From the IMG/VR virus record IMGVR_UViG_3300016649_000397, positions 1 through 52,192 of that record: a stretch of 52,192 nt of DNA. One strand, given 5' to 3'. The stretch's first letter is position 1. Each line of letters begins with the position of its first letter. The translations under genes and the position numbers were made by a program. Origin of the DNA: a virus (Duplodnaviria; Caudoviricetes). Under the pieces are notes generated by a model, which made no database searches, was not told the DNA's origin, and saw only the letters and a program-made list of their open reading frames with translations. This document shows, in pieces, positions 35,547-45,322 of this stretch.

Positions 35547-35808
35547 CTTGTACCTCCATAATTACTTTCTCTGCTGATTTATCCATATTTAACTTTTCCC
35601 ATATTTCATCACAAAACTCTTGATCAAGATTACTATTTTGCATAGGGCCCCATTGACCAATTTTATTATTCCAAACTACGCCTTCTGAAAATCTAGAAGA
35701 ACAAGTGTCGTGATCAAATATATAATATTTATTGCCATCTTCATCTTGCCAAGCCTTGATGACATAATAATATTCTTTTCTATCAATATCTCCGTGTCTT
35801 TCAGTCAT
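35518..35808 (-). CDS. Hypothetical protein
   Basis: Operon packing. Confidence 0.55.
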   Translation of the reverse strand: MTERHGDIDRKEYYYVIKAWQDEDGNKYYIFDHDTCSSRFSEGVVWNNKIGQWGPMQNSNLDQEFCDEIWEKLNMDKSAEKVIMEVQDAIETAEKG

Positions 35809-36130
35809 TCAGTTTACCTTCTTTCCATAGCTTTATTCTTGATTGAGTTGCCTGTAACCAAATTTCCATTTCATAAACAAGTTCATCAAATGACATTTGA
35901 AAAGGGTAACGGGTATGTTCAGTAATTTCTGGCTCAATTGTTTGCGGAAGTATCTCCCATTGAAGCATTAAATTCCTTGCTGAATAGACGAATTGAATCA
36001 GAGCATATTCGTAAGCCGCTACCTGATATGATTCCTTGCGTAAATCCTCAATCAAAGATGATATGTTTTCTATAGTTTTAGAAACAGATTCAACTTTATG
36101 AAATGAATTTTCAAGTACATTTTTTTCCAT
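35801..36130 (-). CDS. Hypothetical protein
   Basis: Stop/start coupling. Confidence 0.55.
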   Translation of the reverse strand: MEKNVLENSFHKVESVSKTIENISSLIEDLRKESYQVAAYEYALIQFVYSARNLMLQWEILPQTIEPEITEHTRYPFQMSFDELVYEMEIWLQATQSRIKLWKEGKLND

Positions 36131-37029
36131 TATTCATTCTCCAATTCTTGAATTTGCTTATATTTGTAATCTACTGAAATGTATGGTCTATTTTTACTAT
36201 CAACTTGAAAATAACCGCACTTAACAAATTCTAATAGTACAGCGGCCATTTCATGATTGATTGATGACAAATCTATATCTTGATAATTTCCCCTGACACA
36301 ATCTTCATACGGATTGACGGCAAGACCTTTAAAGACATCTATACCCTCATCATCTTCAAAATATTCTAATTCTCCGTAAACCATAGCCCAAAAGCTATCG
36401 CTATCGCCATAAAACATTTTAGTACCAACTGATACTGGTATATTCAAAAAATTGCAAGCAATTTGTTCAAATAAATCTTTTTGGTTATGAGAATGAAAAT
36501 AATTTCCTCTAGAGTCTCTTACTAAATCATCTCGCCAATTGACTGCATTTGCAACAGCAAATCCCGCAATACACCCAATTGTATCACAATTAAAAGCTTT
36601 TGTTGTTTTGAGAAATGGAGTATAGTCTTTCATAAGTGGATCTAAATAGTCATTATGTAAGCCGTGAACTGTATCAGAATTACCATAAGCTCTATCCTGA
36701 AGTTCTGCGTCATAAAGATGCTTTTCCAAATCTGGAACCATTCCCATGAACATTGACATATTGAAATGCTTCTTACCATTCAGCAGAATTGATGCAATAA
36801 GCATATCAAAATGTTTTTGATTATAATCTTTTACATCCATACAGGACAAATATTTTGTATTTTGTTCTATAATGTCATTCCAAGGCTGATAGTGATACAC
36901 TCCGGCATCCAAAGATTTTTCTAAGGCCTGATTATAAACAGAGATAATTTCTTCAATTGTTGGCTTGATTAGAACCAGCTTTTCTCTTGTGTCTTTGCTT
37001 GTTTCAATGTGTTCGATAATATCTGTCAT
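36130..37029 (-). CDS. Hypothetical protein, FNCxxxGCIAGFA family copy 3
   Basis: Shared motifs. Confidence 0.7.
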   Translation of the reverse strand: MTDIIEHIETSKDTREKLVLIKPTIEEIISVYNQALEKSLDAGVYHYQPWNDIIEQNTKYLSCMDVKDYNQKHFDMLIASILLNGKKHFNMSMFMGMVPDLEKHLYDAELQDRAYGNSDTVHGLHNDYLDPLMKDYTPFLKTTKAFNCDTIGCIAGFAVANAVNWRDDLVRDSRGNYFHSHNQKDLFEQIACNFLNIPVSVGTKMFYGDSDSFWAMVYGELEYFEDDEGIDVFKGLAVNPYEDCVRGNYQDIDLSSINHEMAAVLLEFVKCGYFQVDSKNRPYISVDYKYKQIQELENE

Positions 37030-37057
37030 TGCTTTTCTCCAGTTTGTTTTGTTTTTG

Positions 37058-37390
37058 TTACTGAACTAATTGCTTCATTGCTTTATCTGTTGCCCATCGG
37101 AAAGCATCATCTTCAGATGTTTCTCCGAAGAATGATTCAAACCACATTTGACCAGATGCTGCATCTACTACTTCAGCATATGCATACATTCCGCCATATG
37201 TGGACTGATTCCTTTCATCAAAACCAGAAGATCCCCAAATGTATATGCTCATACATTTTGAATCTTGAGAATCTTGAAATGGAAAGTTATTTTCTGTTTT
37301 TTGGAAGTTATAGACAAGTTTCCAACTTACTGGACTAAATTGATAATTTGAATTTTTAAATGATCTAAATTTGTTTGTGTTACTTGACAT
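37058..37390 (-). CDS. Hypothetical protein
   Basis: AAAGGA RBS before MSSNTN. Confidence 0.55.
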   Translation of the reverse strand: MSSNTNKFRSFKNSNYQFSPVSWKLVYNFQKTENNFPFQDSQDSKCMSIYIWGSSGFDERNQSTYGGMYAYAEVVDAASGQMWFESFFGETSEDDAFRWATDKAMKQLVQ

Positions 37391-37391
37391 A

Positions 37392-37793
37392 CTATCCTTT
37401 TCCATTAGTTGTGAATGCTTTTGAGCCAAGAAATTTTTCAAATCTCCCATCCTGAGAGAATTGAAATAATGCAAATTGTGATTTCCAATTATGAGTAGAG
37501 TGTTTATCATGAACATATTGCATATAATTTAAAAAGTCTTCATTAATTTCATAACTTGGCAATGATTGCATAATTGCTTTTTGTACATTAGCATCATACA
37601 CTGTGCAATTTTCAAGCGTATGGTGATAAAACTGATCATCAATTACGCATCCGATAGCACATTTCATACCTTTCAACCCACGATACGCGCAAGCATACTC
37701 ATCTGTTATAGATATGTCATTCTGATTGTACAGAAATGAAGTGGCGTAATCAAATACGTCTTTATCTGTTTTCAAGTTGCTTAGTGTTGTCAT
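37392..37793 (-). CDS. Hypothetical protein, CAYRG..KCAIG family
   Basis: CAYRGLKGMKCAIGCVI...MQYVHD; paralog of 32545. Confidence 0.65.
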   Translation of the reverse strand: MTTLSNLKTDKDVFDYATSFLYNQNDISITDEYACAYRGLKGMKCAIGCVIDDQFYHHTLENCTVYDANVQKAIMQSLPSYEINEDFLNYMQYVHDKHSTHNWKSQFALFQFSQDGRFEKFLGSKAFTTNGKG

Positions 37794-38253
37794 TATTTTT
37801 CTCCCATTTTTCATATTGATACTTGTGATAATTAACTATAGCTCTTACAGTTTTTGCGTCAGGAGAAATTGTTTTGTTATTCTCAACAAAGTTTTTACTC
37901 CATTCTGTCAAATTTCTCATACCGTGATTAGTGGAAAGTCTAATATGATTTTTAACATCTTGCATAGTCATATAAACTTCAGAAATCTCCCACTCATCAT
38001 TTTCGTCTTTAACCCATTTTTGCATAAAACCTTGGCCGCTAATTTCTTCAATCGCTTTTGAACGACCATAGTATTCTGATGCATTTTCACTTGAAATCCA
38101 ACCCATAGCAACAGCCCCACCCCAAAAAATAAAATGTTTTGTGATCGGAACTAAATCAAATGTTTTCTGACCATGCTCTTCTCTTTCGTAATAGGCTTTA
38201 TTGATATCATCTTTGTACATTTCAATTTCGCCAATATTCCACGTTAGTGGCAT
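37762..38253 (-). CDS. Hypothetical protein
   Basis: AGGAG RBS. Confidence 0.6.
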   Translation of the reverse strand: MPLTWNIGEIEMYKDDINKAYYEREEHGQKTFDLVPITKHFIFWGGAVAMGWISSENASEYYGRSKAIEEISGQGFMQKWVKDENDEWEISEVYMTMQDVKNHIRLSTNHGMRNLTEWSKNFVENNKTISPDAKTVRAIVNYHKYQYEKWEKNNDNTKQLENR

Positions 38254-38349
38254 TATTTATCTCCTTTTGTGTACGATTTAAATGCTACGCCGAAAAGTAA
38301 TCCGGCAAGAGTTAATACAATTAAAGTTAATATTGCATCAAACATTAGA

Positions 38350-38586
38350 TTACTCACTTTCCTGTAATTTTGAAATCATTTGCTCTAAGGTCATATCGCT
38401 CCAATTTAAATCTTGATTTTGTTTAAATACTCTTTCCATTCGGGATTGCTCTTCATCAAAGGGTAGTCTCATTTCTTTAATGATTGAGATTATTGTATCA
38501 ATGACTTCACCATCGGGATACAATTCTCCCGGCAAAGCAAGAATCTCCATAATTTCCAATAACGCCATAGTTTCACTTTTACTCAT
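38350..38586 (-). CDS. Hypothetical protein
   Basis: AGAAAGGG RBS. Confidence 0.55.
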   Translation of the reverse strand: MSKSETMALLEIMEILALPGELYPDGEVIDTIISIIKEMRLPFDEEQSRMERVFKQNQDLNWSDMTLEQMISKLQESE

Positions 38587-38606
38587 AATTCCCTTTCTAG
38601 GTGTAA

Positions 38607-38796
38607 TGGTTTAGTTAGAGATGGGCGGAAATCGTTTACAACCCAACGTATGATTTGCTTAATATTATTGATGTGTTTTACCACGGGGAATGGGTTTCCA
38701 AAGTATAACAACCAAATACTTTGAATACACTAATCAATAACACACAATTTCCTTAAGGCTGAAAGGAGTGCCATAGCCCACCCCTAACCAAAACTA
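38607..38796 (-). ncRNA. Candidate intergenic structured RNA
   Basis: Closing stem GTTAGGGGTGGGC/GCCCATCTCTAAC enclosing TTATTGAT/ATCAATAA and CAAAGTAT/ATACTTTG stems. Confidence 0.45.
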
Positions 38797-38800
38797 TTTT

Positions 38801-39295
38801 TTATTCAGCAGACAATGTTACTTCTTTGGAAATTTTCCAATTAATTTCTGAGGAGAACAAATACATCTTTTTATTTATGTAGACGTATTTCCACATTTCA
38901 CCATCTTCTCCTCTCCATATAATATAACTATCATTTTTAACACAAGGCGCAATTACTGCTAAGAAATAGGATTCATCACCAATTTTATTAGAATAATAAA
39001 GACCAGTGATGTTTCCTTCATCATCGACAGTTACATTAAATCCTAATTCTTCAAGAATACTTTGTGCTGTTTTGCATTTTGATGGATAATCAGCATCCAT
39101 CCAACTAAACCATTTTGCTGGATGATAATTTAATCCTTCTGGCCTTGGGTCAGATCCTTTCAAATCTTTACTCCAACCACCACCGGATTTCAATTCATCT
39201 CTTTGATTTAAAGAGCACATCAATTCATAAGCCTTATCCAACTCTTCTTTTGGCAAGAAAAAATCGGAATCGGAAATATCAATATAATAACCCAT
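38801..39295 (-). CDS. Hypothetical protein
   Basis: MGYY...WFSWMD...YIIWRGEDGEMWKY pattern. Confidence 0.65.
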   Translation of the reverse strand: MGYYIDISDSDFFLPKEELDKAYELMCSLNQRDELKSGGGWSKDLKGSDPRPEGLNYHPAKWFSWMDADYPSKCKTAQSILEELGFNVTVDDEGNITGLYYSNKIGDESYFLAVIAPCVKNDSYIIWRGEDGEMWKYVYINKKMYLFSSEINWKISKEVTLSAE

Positions 39296-39324
39296 TGCTA
39301 TCTTCTTTCTACTAAGTGTTTATA

Positions 39325-39852
39325 TTACATTGACCAATGACCGGCCCCACCGTTATCATAAAGATATTTAGCAACCTTTAGATTACAGTCAGGCTTAAAT
39401 AATCCATCAAGACCTGTCCCACAAATTTCTTTTGTGACAGTTTTCCAAGTTGAATTAATCTGTAGCAAACCACGATCTTCAGATTTATCGCGATTTAAAG
39501 TCTTATTGTGAGCATTCGGGATACAACGACTTTCTCTCCACATAATATAAGAAAACAATTTTACAGGGAAACCCCTACGTTTTAATTCATTTTCCCATTG
39601 CGGACATCTTTTCGTTAAATCAGCAGGAATTTTGTTATCAATTTCTACCGATATCTTAGGCTCTTCTATTGGTTTTATCTCAACAGGAGAAGCTACCGAT
39701 ACAATGACTTTTTCTACAACATATTCAGTAATAATTTCTGGCTCTATGGATTCGTAATGGTCTTTTGTAATTGTATGACTAATTACTGAACCTGCTAGAG
39801 CACCGTATATTAAACCAATAGTGCCAAGTATTGGTGATGATTTTATTTTCAT
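39325..39852 (-). CDS. Lytic transglycosylase (SLT-like) with N-terminal membrane anchor
   Basis: IMWRESRC...NAHN...DRGLLQINS...CNLKVAKYLY...GHW. Confidence 0.8.
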   Translation of the reverse strand: MKIKSSPILGTIGLIYGALAGSVISHTITKDHYESIEPEIITEYVVEKVIVSVASPVEIKPIEEPKISVEIDNKIPADLTKRCPQWENELKRRGFPVKLFSYIMWRESRCIPNAHNKTLNRDKSEDRGLLQINSTWKTVTKEICGTGLDGLFKPDCNLKVAKYLYDNGGAGHWSM

Positions 39853-40087
39853 TTTTCCTCCAAAAGTTTAGGTTTTGCGTTGTAACGCATTAGCATAGGC
39901 ATTTAGAAAAAACCGAAAGCAAATCAACAACTTCACTTTCGCTTTCTTAGTTTAGATATATAGAAATCACTCTCCTTTTAATAATGAACACGCCAATTGT
40001 CTACCTTTGTCATACCATTCTATTAAGTCTTCTTCGTAGTGCTTTGTCACACTTAACTTATATTCTTTAACCCCGCAAATAAATGCT

Positions 40088-40474
40088 TTAATCTTGTTCA
40101 TCATCGTTTAAAAATTTTCGCGAGAGTTCATCTGCAATTTTAGGATGTAGAATAGGTATTAGTGACATCTTTTGTCGAATGCCAGTATTGTAATCATTTA
40201 GATAATTACTCCAAGCTTCTGCAATACTTATACCCTGTTCAGTTGCCATTTTGCTGAGCAGAGTAGTAATATGCAACATAAAGCCAAATAAAATACCGGG
40301 CATACCGCTTTCGTTATCATTAATATCATCCGCTATGCTTTCACATATAGACGAAATAATCTTGGTGTTGCTTGTAAACCAAGCAGAAACTAATTGAGCA
40401 ACGATATCTGTATACAGAGTATCATTCTCATTAAGATCCTTTTCACTTGGCTCATAATCCAAAAAATCATTCAT
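40088..40474 (-). CDS. Hypothetical protein
   Basis: Operon packing. Confidence 0.55.
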   Translation of the reverse strand: MNDFLDYEPSEKDLNENDTLYTDIVAQLVSAWFTSNTKIISSICESIADDINDNESGMPGILFGFMLHITTLLSKMATEQGISIAEAWSNYLNDYNTGIRQKMSLIPILHPKIADELSRKFLNDDEQD

Positions 40475-40617
40475 AATAAAATCCTATCAGTTGATGTTCG
40501 TTGTTTAGTATTGCTCGTGTGTATTCTGCACGATTGTTATCCAACCATTCTACTAGATCAAACTTGTTTTGTCTAGTCAATAAATTTCTTACCTTTTTGT
40601 AATCGTGTATATCCTCC

Positions 40618-40956
40618 CTATTGTTCTCCATTTGTAATATCGCCTCTAATAATTCTTTTTTCAAATTCCTCAATTGACATTCCTTTCTGAACTATGTCGT
40701 TGAAATAACTTACATTTTTTGTCAACTCTCTGTAATTTGAAGAATTTGGATTGTAGAAATATTCTTTTAGATGACCAATTGTGTTTTGGCCGGTTGAATA
40801 CTCAAACACTCTTGCGTTCCAATTATCTGGTTTAAAACCAAATTCGTTTTCACACATTTGTTTTGCTCTACTAACTGCTTCTTGAACGGATTGAATAGAA
40901 TCTACTTTAATTGGCAGTCTGAATTCTACAATATAGTACTGATCAAACTTAGGCAT
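40618..40956 (-). CDS. Hypothetical protein
   Basis: Start re-called at MPKFDQ. Confidence 0.55.
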   Translation of the reverse strand: MPKFDQYYIVEFRLPIKVDSIQSVQEAVSRAKQMCENEFGFKPDNWNARVFEYSTGQNTIGHLKEYFYNPNSSNYRELTKNVSYFNDIVQKGMSIEEFEKRIIRGDITNGEQ

Positions 40957-40957
40957 A

Positions 40958-41095
40958 CTAAACCAATATGTAAGCAATAACTGCAATTAGTGCTATTGGT
41001 AAAATCATTAATGCTATTGGAATAAAAATTACTGCTCCTATTGAGAGCAATACTGCTATCCAACAACACCATAGAAAAAAACTGAATTTAGACAT
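40958..41095 (-). CDS. Small hydrophobic membrane protein
   Basis: 45 aa, almost entirely hydrophobic. Confidence 0.5.
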   Translation of the reverse strand: MSKFSFFLWCCWIAVLLSIGAVIFIPIALMILPIALIAVIAYILV

Positions 41096-41096
41096 A

Positions 41097-42719
41097 TTAA
41101 TGAATCCTTTGAATTTTGGAATTTGGGGCAATTTTGATGCGGAAACCGTCACCTGTTTCATCAACAGAACAGACACCAATTTCGTTGATCTGTGCGTCAG
41201 GTATTTCTAGTTTAAACATCAACTTACCAATACGAACTAAATGCCAACCAAAAGATGGCAAGTATTCTATGACGTAATTGAGAGTTTCAAACAAATGCAA
41301 ATCAGTTGTTTTAATTTTAATTTCATCTTTATGGATGGAAACAGGTGTATCCTTGTAATACTGATACATCAAGCTGCCCAATCTTTTGTCTGCCAAATTG
41401 CGGAACTCACGGTACATACTATCAGGCAATTCGCTCGTATAGTGATCATATTCGTGAATTATTGTTGAGACTAACTCTTTGATTGAGCCATCTTTTGCGT
41501 GATCTGAAGAAATTAGTATCCTTTTCTTTTCTACATCCGTCATATTAATTGTGATACCAAGAATATCATTTTCATTACTTGGTTTAAATACAGCAAGTGG
41601 GACAGTCATTTTGTCAAAATCTGGTTCAAAAAACGACACAATCTTCATTGCTTCAAGCAGCTTTGTATACTGACTAATATCTTCTTCAATATCAAATCTT
41701 GACTCTTGGCCGATAACATCTTCTGCTTTCTGAATTTTACAAGCGTTTGATAAGAATAGAAAAGCAGCATTTGTTTTGCAAAGAATTGGTTTTTTATTAG
41801 AGGACTTAATGACAGATATAAATCCAGAAATTAGTGACTGAGATGGTGAAACCAAAACTGCATTTTTACCATATTTCTTATGAAAGCATTCTCTCCAAAG
41901 AGGATTTTCTGATGCCAAAGACCAATGAATTTCGCTAATACTAGTCAACTCTGCTGGAGAATCATTAATGATTTTGTCTAACATATAATACTCAATTAGT
42001 TCTTGATCATTGCAGCGACTAATTGCTTTTGAAATCTTGATTCTCTCAGTTGATGTATATTTTAGAGCACGATCTTCATTCAATTCTGCATCTTCAATAT
42101 TGTAATCAAACATTGATTGATTATCTTCATCTTGAACTGAGTGAACCAAAACTGTTTTACAGTAAATTCTCTCAGACATATCACGTTTTTGAAGGAATGA
42201 AATGTTTGTGTAATCGCAGAAATATTTAACCTGTCTTGATTCTGAGAAATACATATCGTGATAATCGTATATTTTCTTCATACCAGAACTTGCGGTAATA
42301 TAAACAGCAAATTCTCCCGGAATTTGCTCAATATTATCTACAATACTTCTAGACCATTCTCCGTTGTCTTTGGCATTTGAAACAACTTCTCGGTAGATTT
42401 GCCACTCACTATCCCAACTCATAGTGCCAGCATCAGCAGTAAAAGAAGATTCTTTTGTATATGTTCCGTAATTGTAAACAATACAATTAATTCCATCTTC
42501 TTCTTTTGTGGTATATCTAAGTTGATAATCGCCCTTGTCGTCTGAGCCAACAAATACAAATTCTAATCCCATTCTCAAAGCTGAGATTGGGGCATACTTG
42601 ATACCTGAACCAAATTGACCAATTGTATCTGGGTCTGATCTTTTGGTTGAGAGACCAAGTTTTTCTAGATGGAGTCTATTTACTCCGTCTGATTTGTTTG
42701 CAACTTTGATATATTTCAT
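41097..42719 (-). CDS. GHKL-type ATPase domain plus HEXXH metallopeptidase domain
   Basis: STKR...IGQFGSGIKYA, REVVSNAKD, TIIHEYDH; AGAAAGG RBS. Confidence 0.7.
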   Translation of the reverse strand: MKYIKVANKSDGVNRLHLEKLGLSTKRSDPDTIGQFGSGIKYAPISALRMGLEFVFVGSDDKGDYQLRYTTKEEDGINCIVYNYGTYTKESSFTADAGTMSWDSEWQIYREVVSNAKDNGEWSRSIVDNIEQIPGEFAVYITASSGMKKIYDYHDMYFSESRQVKYFCDYTNISFLQKRDMSERIYCKTVLVHSVQDEDNQSMFDYNIEDAELNEDRALKYTSTERIKISKAISRCNDQELIEYYMLDKIINDSPAELTSISEIHWSLASENPLWRECFHKKYGKNAVLVSPSQSLISGFISVIKSSNKKPILCKTNAAFLFLSNACKIQKAEDVIGQESRFDIEEDISQYTKLLEAMKIVSFFEPDFDKMTVPLAVFKPSNENDILGITINMTDVEKKRILISSDHAKDGSIKELVSTIIHEYDHYTSELPDSMYREFRNLADKRLGSLMYQYYKDTPVSIHKDEIKIKTTDLHLFETLNYVIEYLPSFGWHLVRIGKLMFKLEIPDAQINEIGVCSVDETGDGFRIKIAPNSKIQRIH

Positions 42720-42729
42720 AATTGCCTTT

Positions 42730-43524
42730 CTACTTGTTGTTGTTAAACTGAACTGTTGTCTTATCAAACTCACTCAGAATTCTATTCTTAGTTTCTTGAA
42801 ACAAATCAAGGCCGTTAATAAATTTCTTAAACTGTTCAACTGTAATTGTTGGTTCATTCAATTTATCAGCAGTTTCTTGCATATACTCTTGCTTATTCTT
42901 AAGGTATTGTTCCTTTTCTTGATTCAAGCGAACTTCAATTCTCTCATCAATAAATTTAGTCAGTGCATTAGTAATTGTTTCTTTATAAACACTTGTAGCA
43001 CCTTGCTCTTCTCGCAGATGTGAAACCAAATCGTATCGAATGGTATCAATAATAATTGATGCAGCCATTTTAGCAGTTGAGCAATCAGTACCTACTGAAA
43101 AACTATCCATCATTGATTCAACTTCACTCTGAACTTTACTGCTCCAATCAAGTTCATATTCAAGATTAGAAGCAATATCTGAATAGTCAAGGCTGTCGTT
43201 TACAATTTCTCTAATGCTATCATCCAATTGATTTGCAATATCCGAAGCATTACCGCTAATATATTCCGAAATAGCGTCATCAGCTTTATCACTAAGAACT
43301 GATTCAACTGCGTTATCAAACTCGCTGTCTTGTGTAATGATATTAATCAAATTGCCATCTTTGATCATTTTGTGCAGCAATTCATTGACCGGAATACTGA
43401 TTGGAATAGTTGAGATATTGGATTCAGTATTTTGTTCTGTTTGCTCTGTCATATTTTTCTCCTGTTGATTTGTGTTTGAATTAATTGCATTCCCTGCTGT
43501 TTCTGTTCTTTCTATATACTCCAT
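42730..43524 (-). CDS. Acidic helical hypothetical protein
   Basis: Long ORF; true start may be the internal MTEQTE. Confidence 0.6.
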   Translation of the reverse strand: MEYIERTETAGNAINSNTNQQEKNMTEQTEQNTESNISTIPISIPVNELLHKMIKDGNLINIITQDSEFDNAVESVLSDKADDAISEYISGNASDIANQLDDSIREIVNDSLDYSDIASNLEYELDWSSKVQSEVESMMDSFSVGTDCSTAKMAASIIIDTIRYDLVSHLREEQGATSVYKETITNALTKFIDERIEVRLNQEKEQYLKNKQEYMQETADKLNEPTITVEQFKKFINGLDLFQETKNRILSEFDKTTVQFNNNK

Positions 43525-43532
43525 ATTTTTCC

Positions 43533-43994
43533 TTAGTTGAGATAAGTCATTTCTACAAAACGAGCAATGTATTCCATCATTGGATCATCATCTTTTACTT
43601 CAATTTGTGCCCCATCAAACCAGTCTTGATAATGATAAATTGCTTTAATTATAAATGCATCTTCATCAAGAAATACTTCAATGAAATCAGCTGGGCCACC
43701 CGTACTCAATTCAATTTTGATAACCGTCATTTTACTAAAACCTAAATGAAACTCATCAATACTTGTTTCATTATATTCTGAATTCTTGTAGTATTCTTCT
43801 ACAAATTTAGCAACTGCTTCTTCAGAAGGTTCTTCACCTTGAGTTTTTGTATATTCTTCAACAAAACGATCGGCTTCATCAGAAACCTGTTCGTCAAATT
43901 CTCCGTTTGCGTGCATTAACATTTTGCTAATATCATCATTGCGAGACTTATATCGCTCATCAATAATGTCTTTGCATTTTACTTTATCTTTCAT
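43533..43994 (-). CDS. Hypothetical protein
   Basis: LSTGGPADFI...YHYQDWFDGA motif; AGGAG RBS. Confidence 0.6.
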   Translation of the reverse strand: MKDKVKCKDIIDERYKSRNDDISKMLMHANGEFDEQVSDEADRFVEEYTKTQGEEPSEEAVAKFVEEYYKNSEYNETSIDEFHLGFSKMTVIKIELSTGGPADFIEVFLDEDAFIIKAIYHYQDWFDGAQIEVKDDDPMMEYIARFVEMTYLN

Positions 43995-44002
43995 AGTATC
44001 TC

Positions 44003-44206
44003 CTATATTTTGTTGATTAAATCTCTTTCAGCTATCTCTCTACCCTTGTTGTATTCTTCTATAATATTTACATTAAGGGTTTCTAAGTAATAGTCATTCA
44101 GTTCAGCAGAAGGTGGATTATCTATTTTGCTCATTCTGTCGTGATATCCACGAGCAAAATAATACTTTCTGCTGAACGGAACGCTATGTACTTTCTTTGC
44201 CGACAT
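44003..44206 (-). CDS. Hypothetical protein
   Basis: Operon packing. Confidence 0.5.
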   Translation of the reverse strand: MSAKKVHSVPFSRKYYFARGYHDRMSKIDNPPSAELNDYYLETLNVNIIEEYNKGREIAERDLINKI

Positions 44207-45172
44207 TTAGGCTTTAGCCCAAACCTGTTGTGGCAAGAGATTCATTGGGAAATCAGGAAGACGATTGTTCTTCAATTTCACATTGTATCTGCTAACAATC
44301 AGGAATGGCAAAGATGTGAATGTAATTGTTTGACCACTGCTCATCATTGCTTGAGCCTGAGCAATAACCAATGAAGGATTGCCAATCTTAGCCAATACTT
44401 CACTCAAACGTTTCTGATCAACTTTTTTGCCATAGCGATGATAAATGCAACCGATAGCAGAAATCATTTGATCACGATACATCTCTTTGTTATTCGGATA
44501 TGCATCTCTAAGCGTTTCCAAAGTCTTAGCCAAAACAGTTGGGCCGGCATTAGTGTATACTCTACGAACAGTAGCAACACATCTAATTACATTTGCGCCG
44601 GGGCCTTCATCAAACGAAGCACCAACTTTTGCTACAACATTAGCAATACCGACAGCGATTGAATCACCCGATACAATGCCAGCCTTAAAAATTTGCGAAG
44701 GTGTTGGCTTTGTGTGTTCTTTATTTGTCAAAGCAAAGATATGTGCTTCATCTTGAATTGACAAACCAAAATACACAAGCGCATTAACATTTGTATCTTT
44801 CATTCCCATCTGAATCAAAGCGTGATATCTATGGCTACCGTCAATGATTGCCAAAGTATTATCTTCACGCATTGAGCAGGTAATCACGCCAAGCAAATCC
44901 GGATTGAAATTCTTTACAATGCGGTTGATTTTTGCCGTAAGCGGTTTGCGTTGATATGTGTAATCAACGAACATTTCATTGACCTTGACATACGATGACA
45001 TTTTTGAGATATGTCCTATGTCAAAGTTTGCGCCAAGAGTTTCGCGATATGGACTAATTGCCACATTCACAGACTTCTTGATTTCTTTACTAGTTACAGT
45101 TTCAGCAGTGTTTATTTTTACCACAGCTTTCTCCTTTACCTTGGTCTTAAGTGTATTCTTTTTCTTCGGCAT
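44207..45172 (-). CDS. ParB/Srx-like N-terminal domain protein
   Basis: VDYTYQR...FNPDLLGVI...IIDGSHR...EAHIF..N; AGGAGG RBS. Confidence 0.7.
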   Translation of the reverse strand: MPKKKNTLKTKVKEKAVVKINTAETVTSKEIKKSVNVAISPYRETLGANFDIGHISKMSSYVKVNEMFVDYTYQRKPLTAKINRIVKNFNPDLLGVITCSMREDNTLAIIDGSHRYHALIQMGMKDTNVNALVYFGLSIQDEAHIFALTNKEHTKPTPSQIFKAGIVSGDSIAVGIANVVAKVGASFDEGPGANVIRCVATVRRVYTNAGPTVLAKTLETLRDAYPNNKEMYRDQMISAIGCIYHRYGKKVDQKRLSEVLAKIGNPSLVIAQAQAMMSSGQTITFTSLPFLIVSRYNVKLKNNRLPDFPMNLLPQQVWAKA

Positions 45173-45322
45173 ATAGCCTCCTATTTGTTGTTAACTAACT
45201 CGTGTATTTCACTACTGACTATTACTAAGTTGCCAAACAATGTATCATTCATTTCCCTTGCCAACATCATATCTGCTAATTGACAAGCTTCAGTATACGT
45301 TCTAGCAACTATTTCAGTCTCT

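Noticed and set aside
39853-40087. c-di-AMP (ydaO) riboswitch upstream of the transglycosylase
   Set aside because: Consensus elements were not recognised; part of the gap is explained by a 45-aa ORF (MMNKIKAFICG...)
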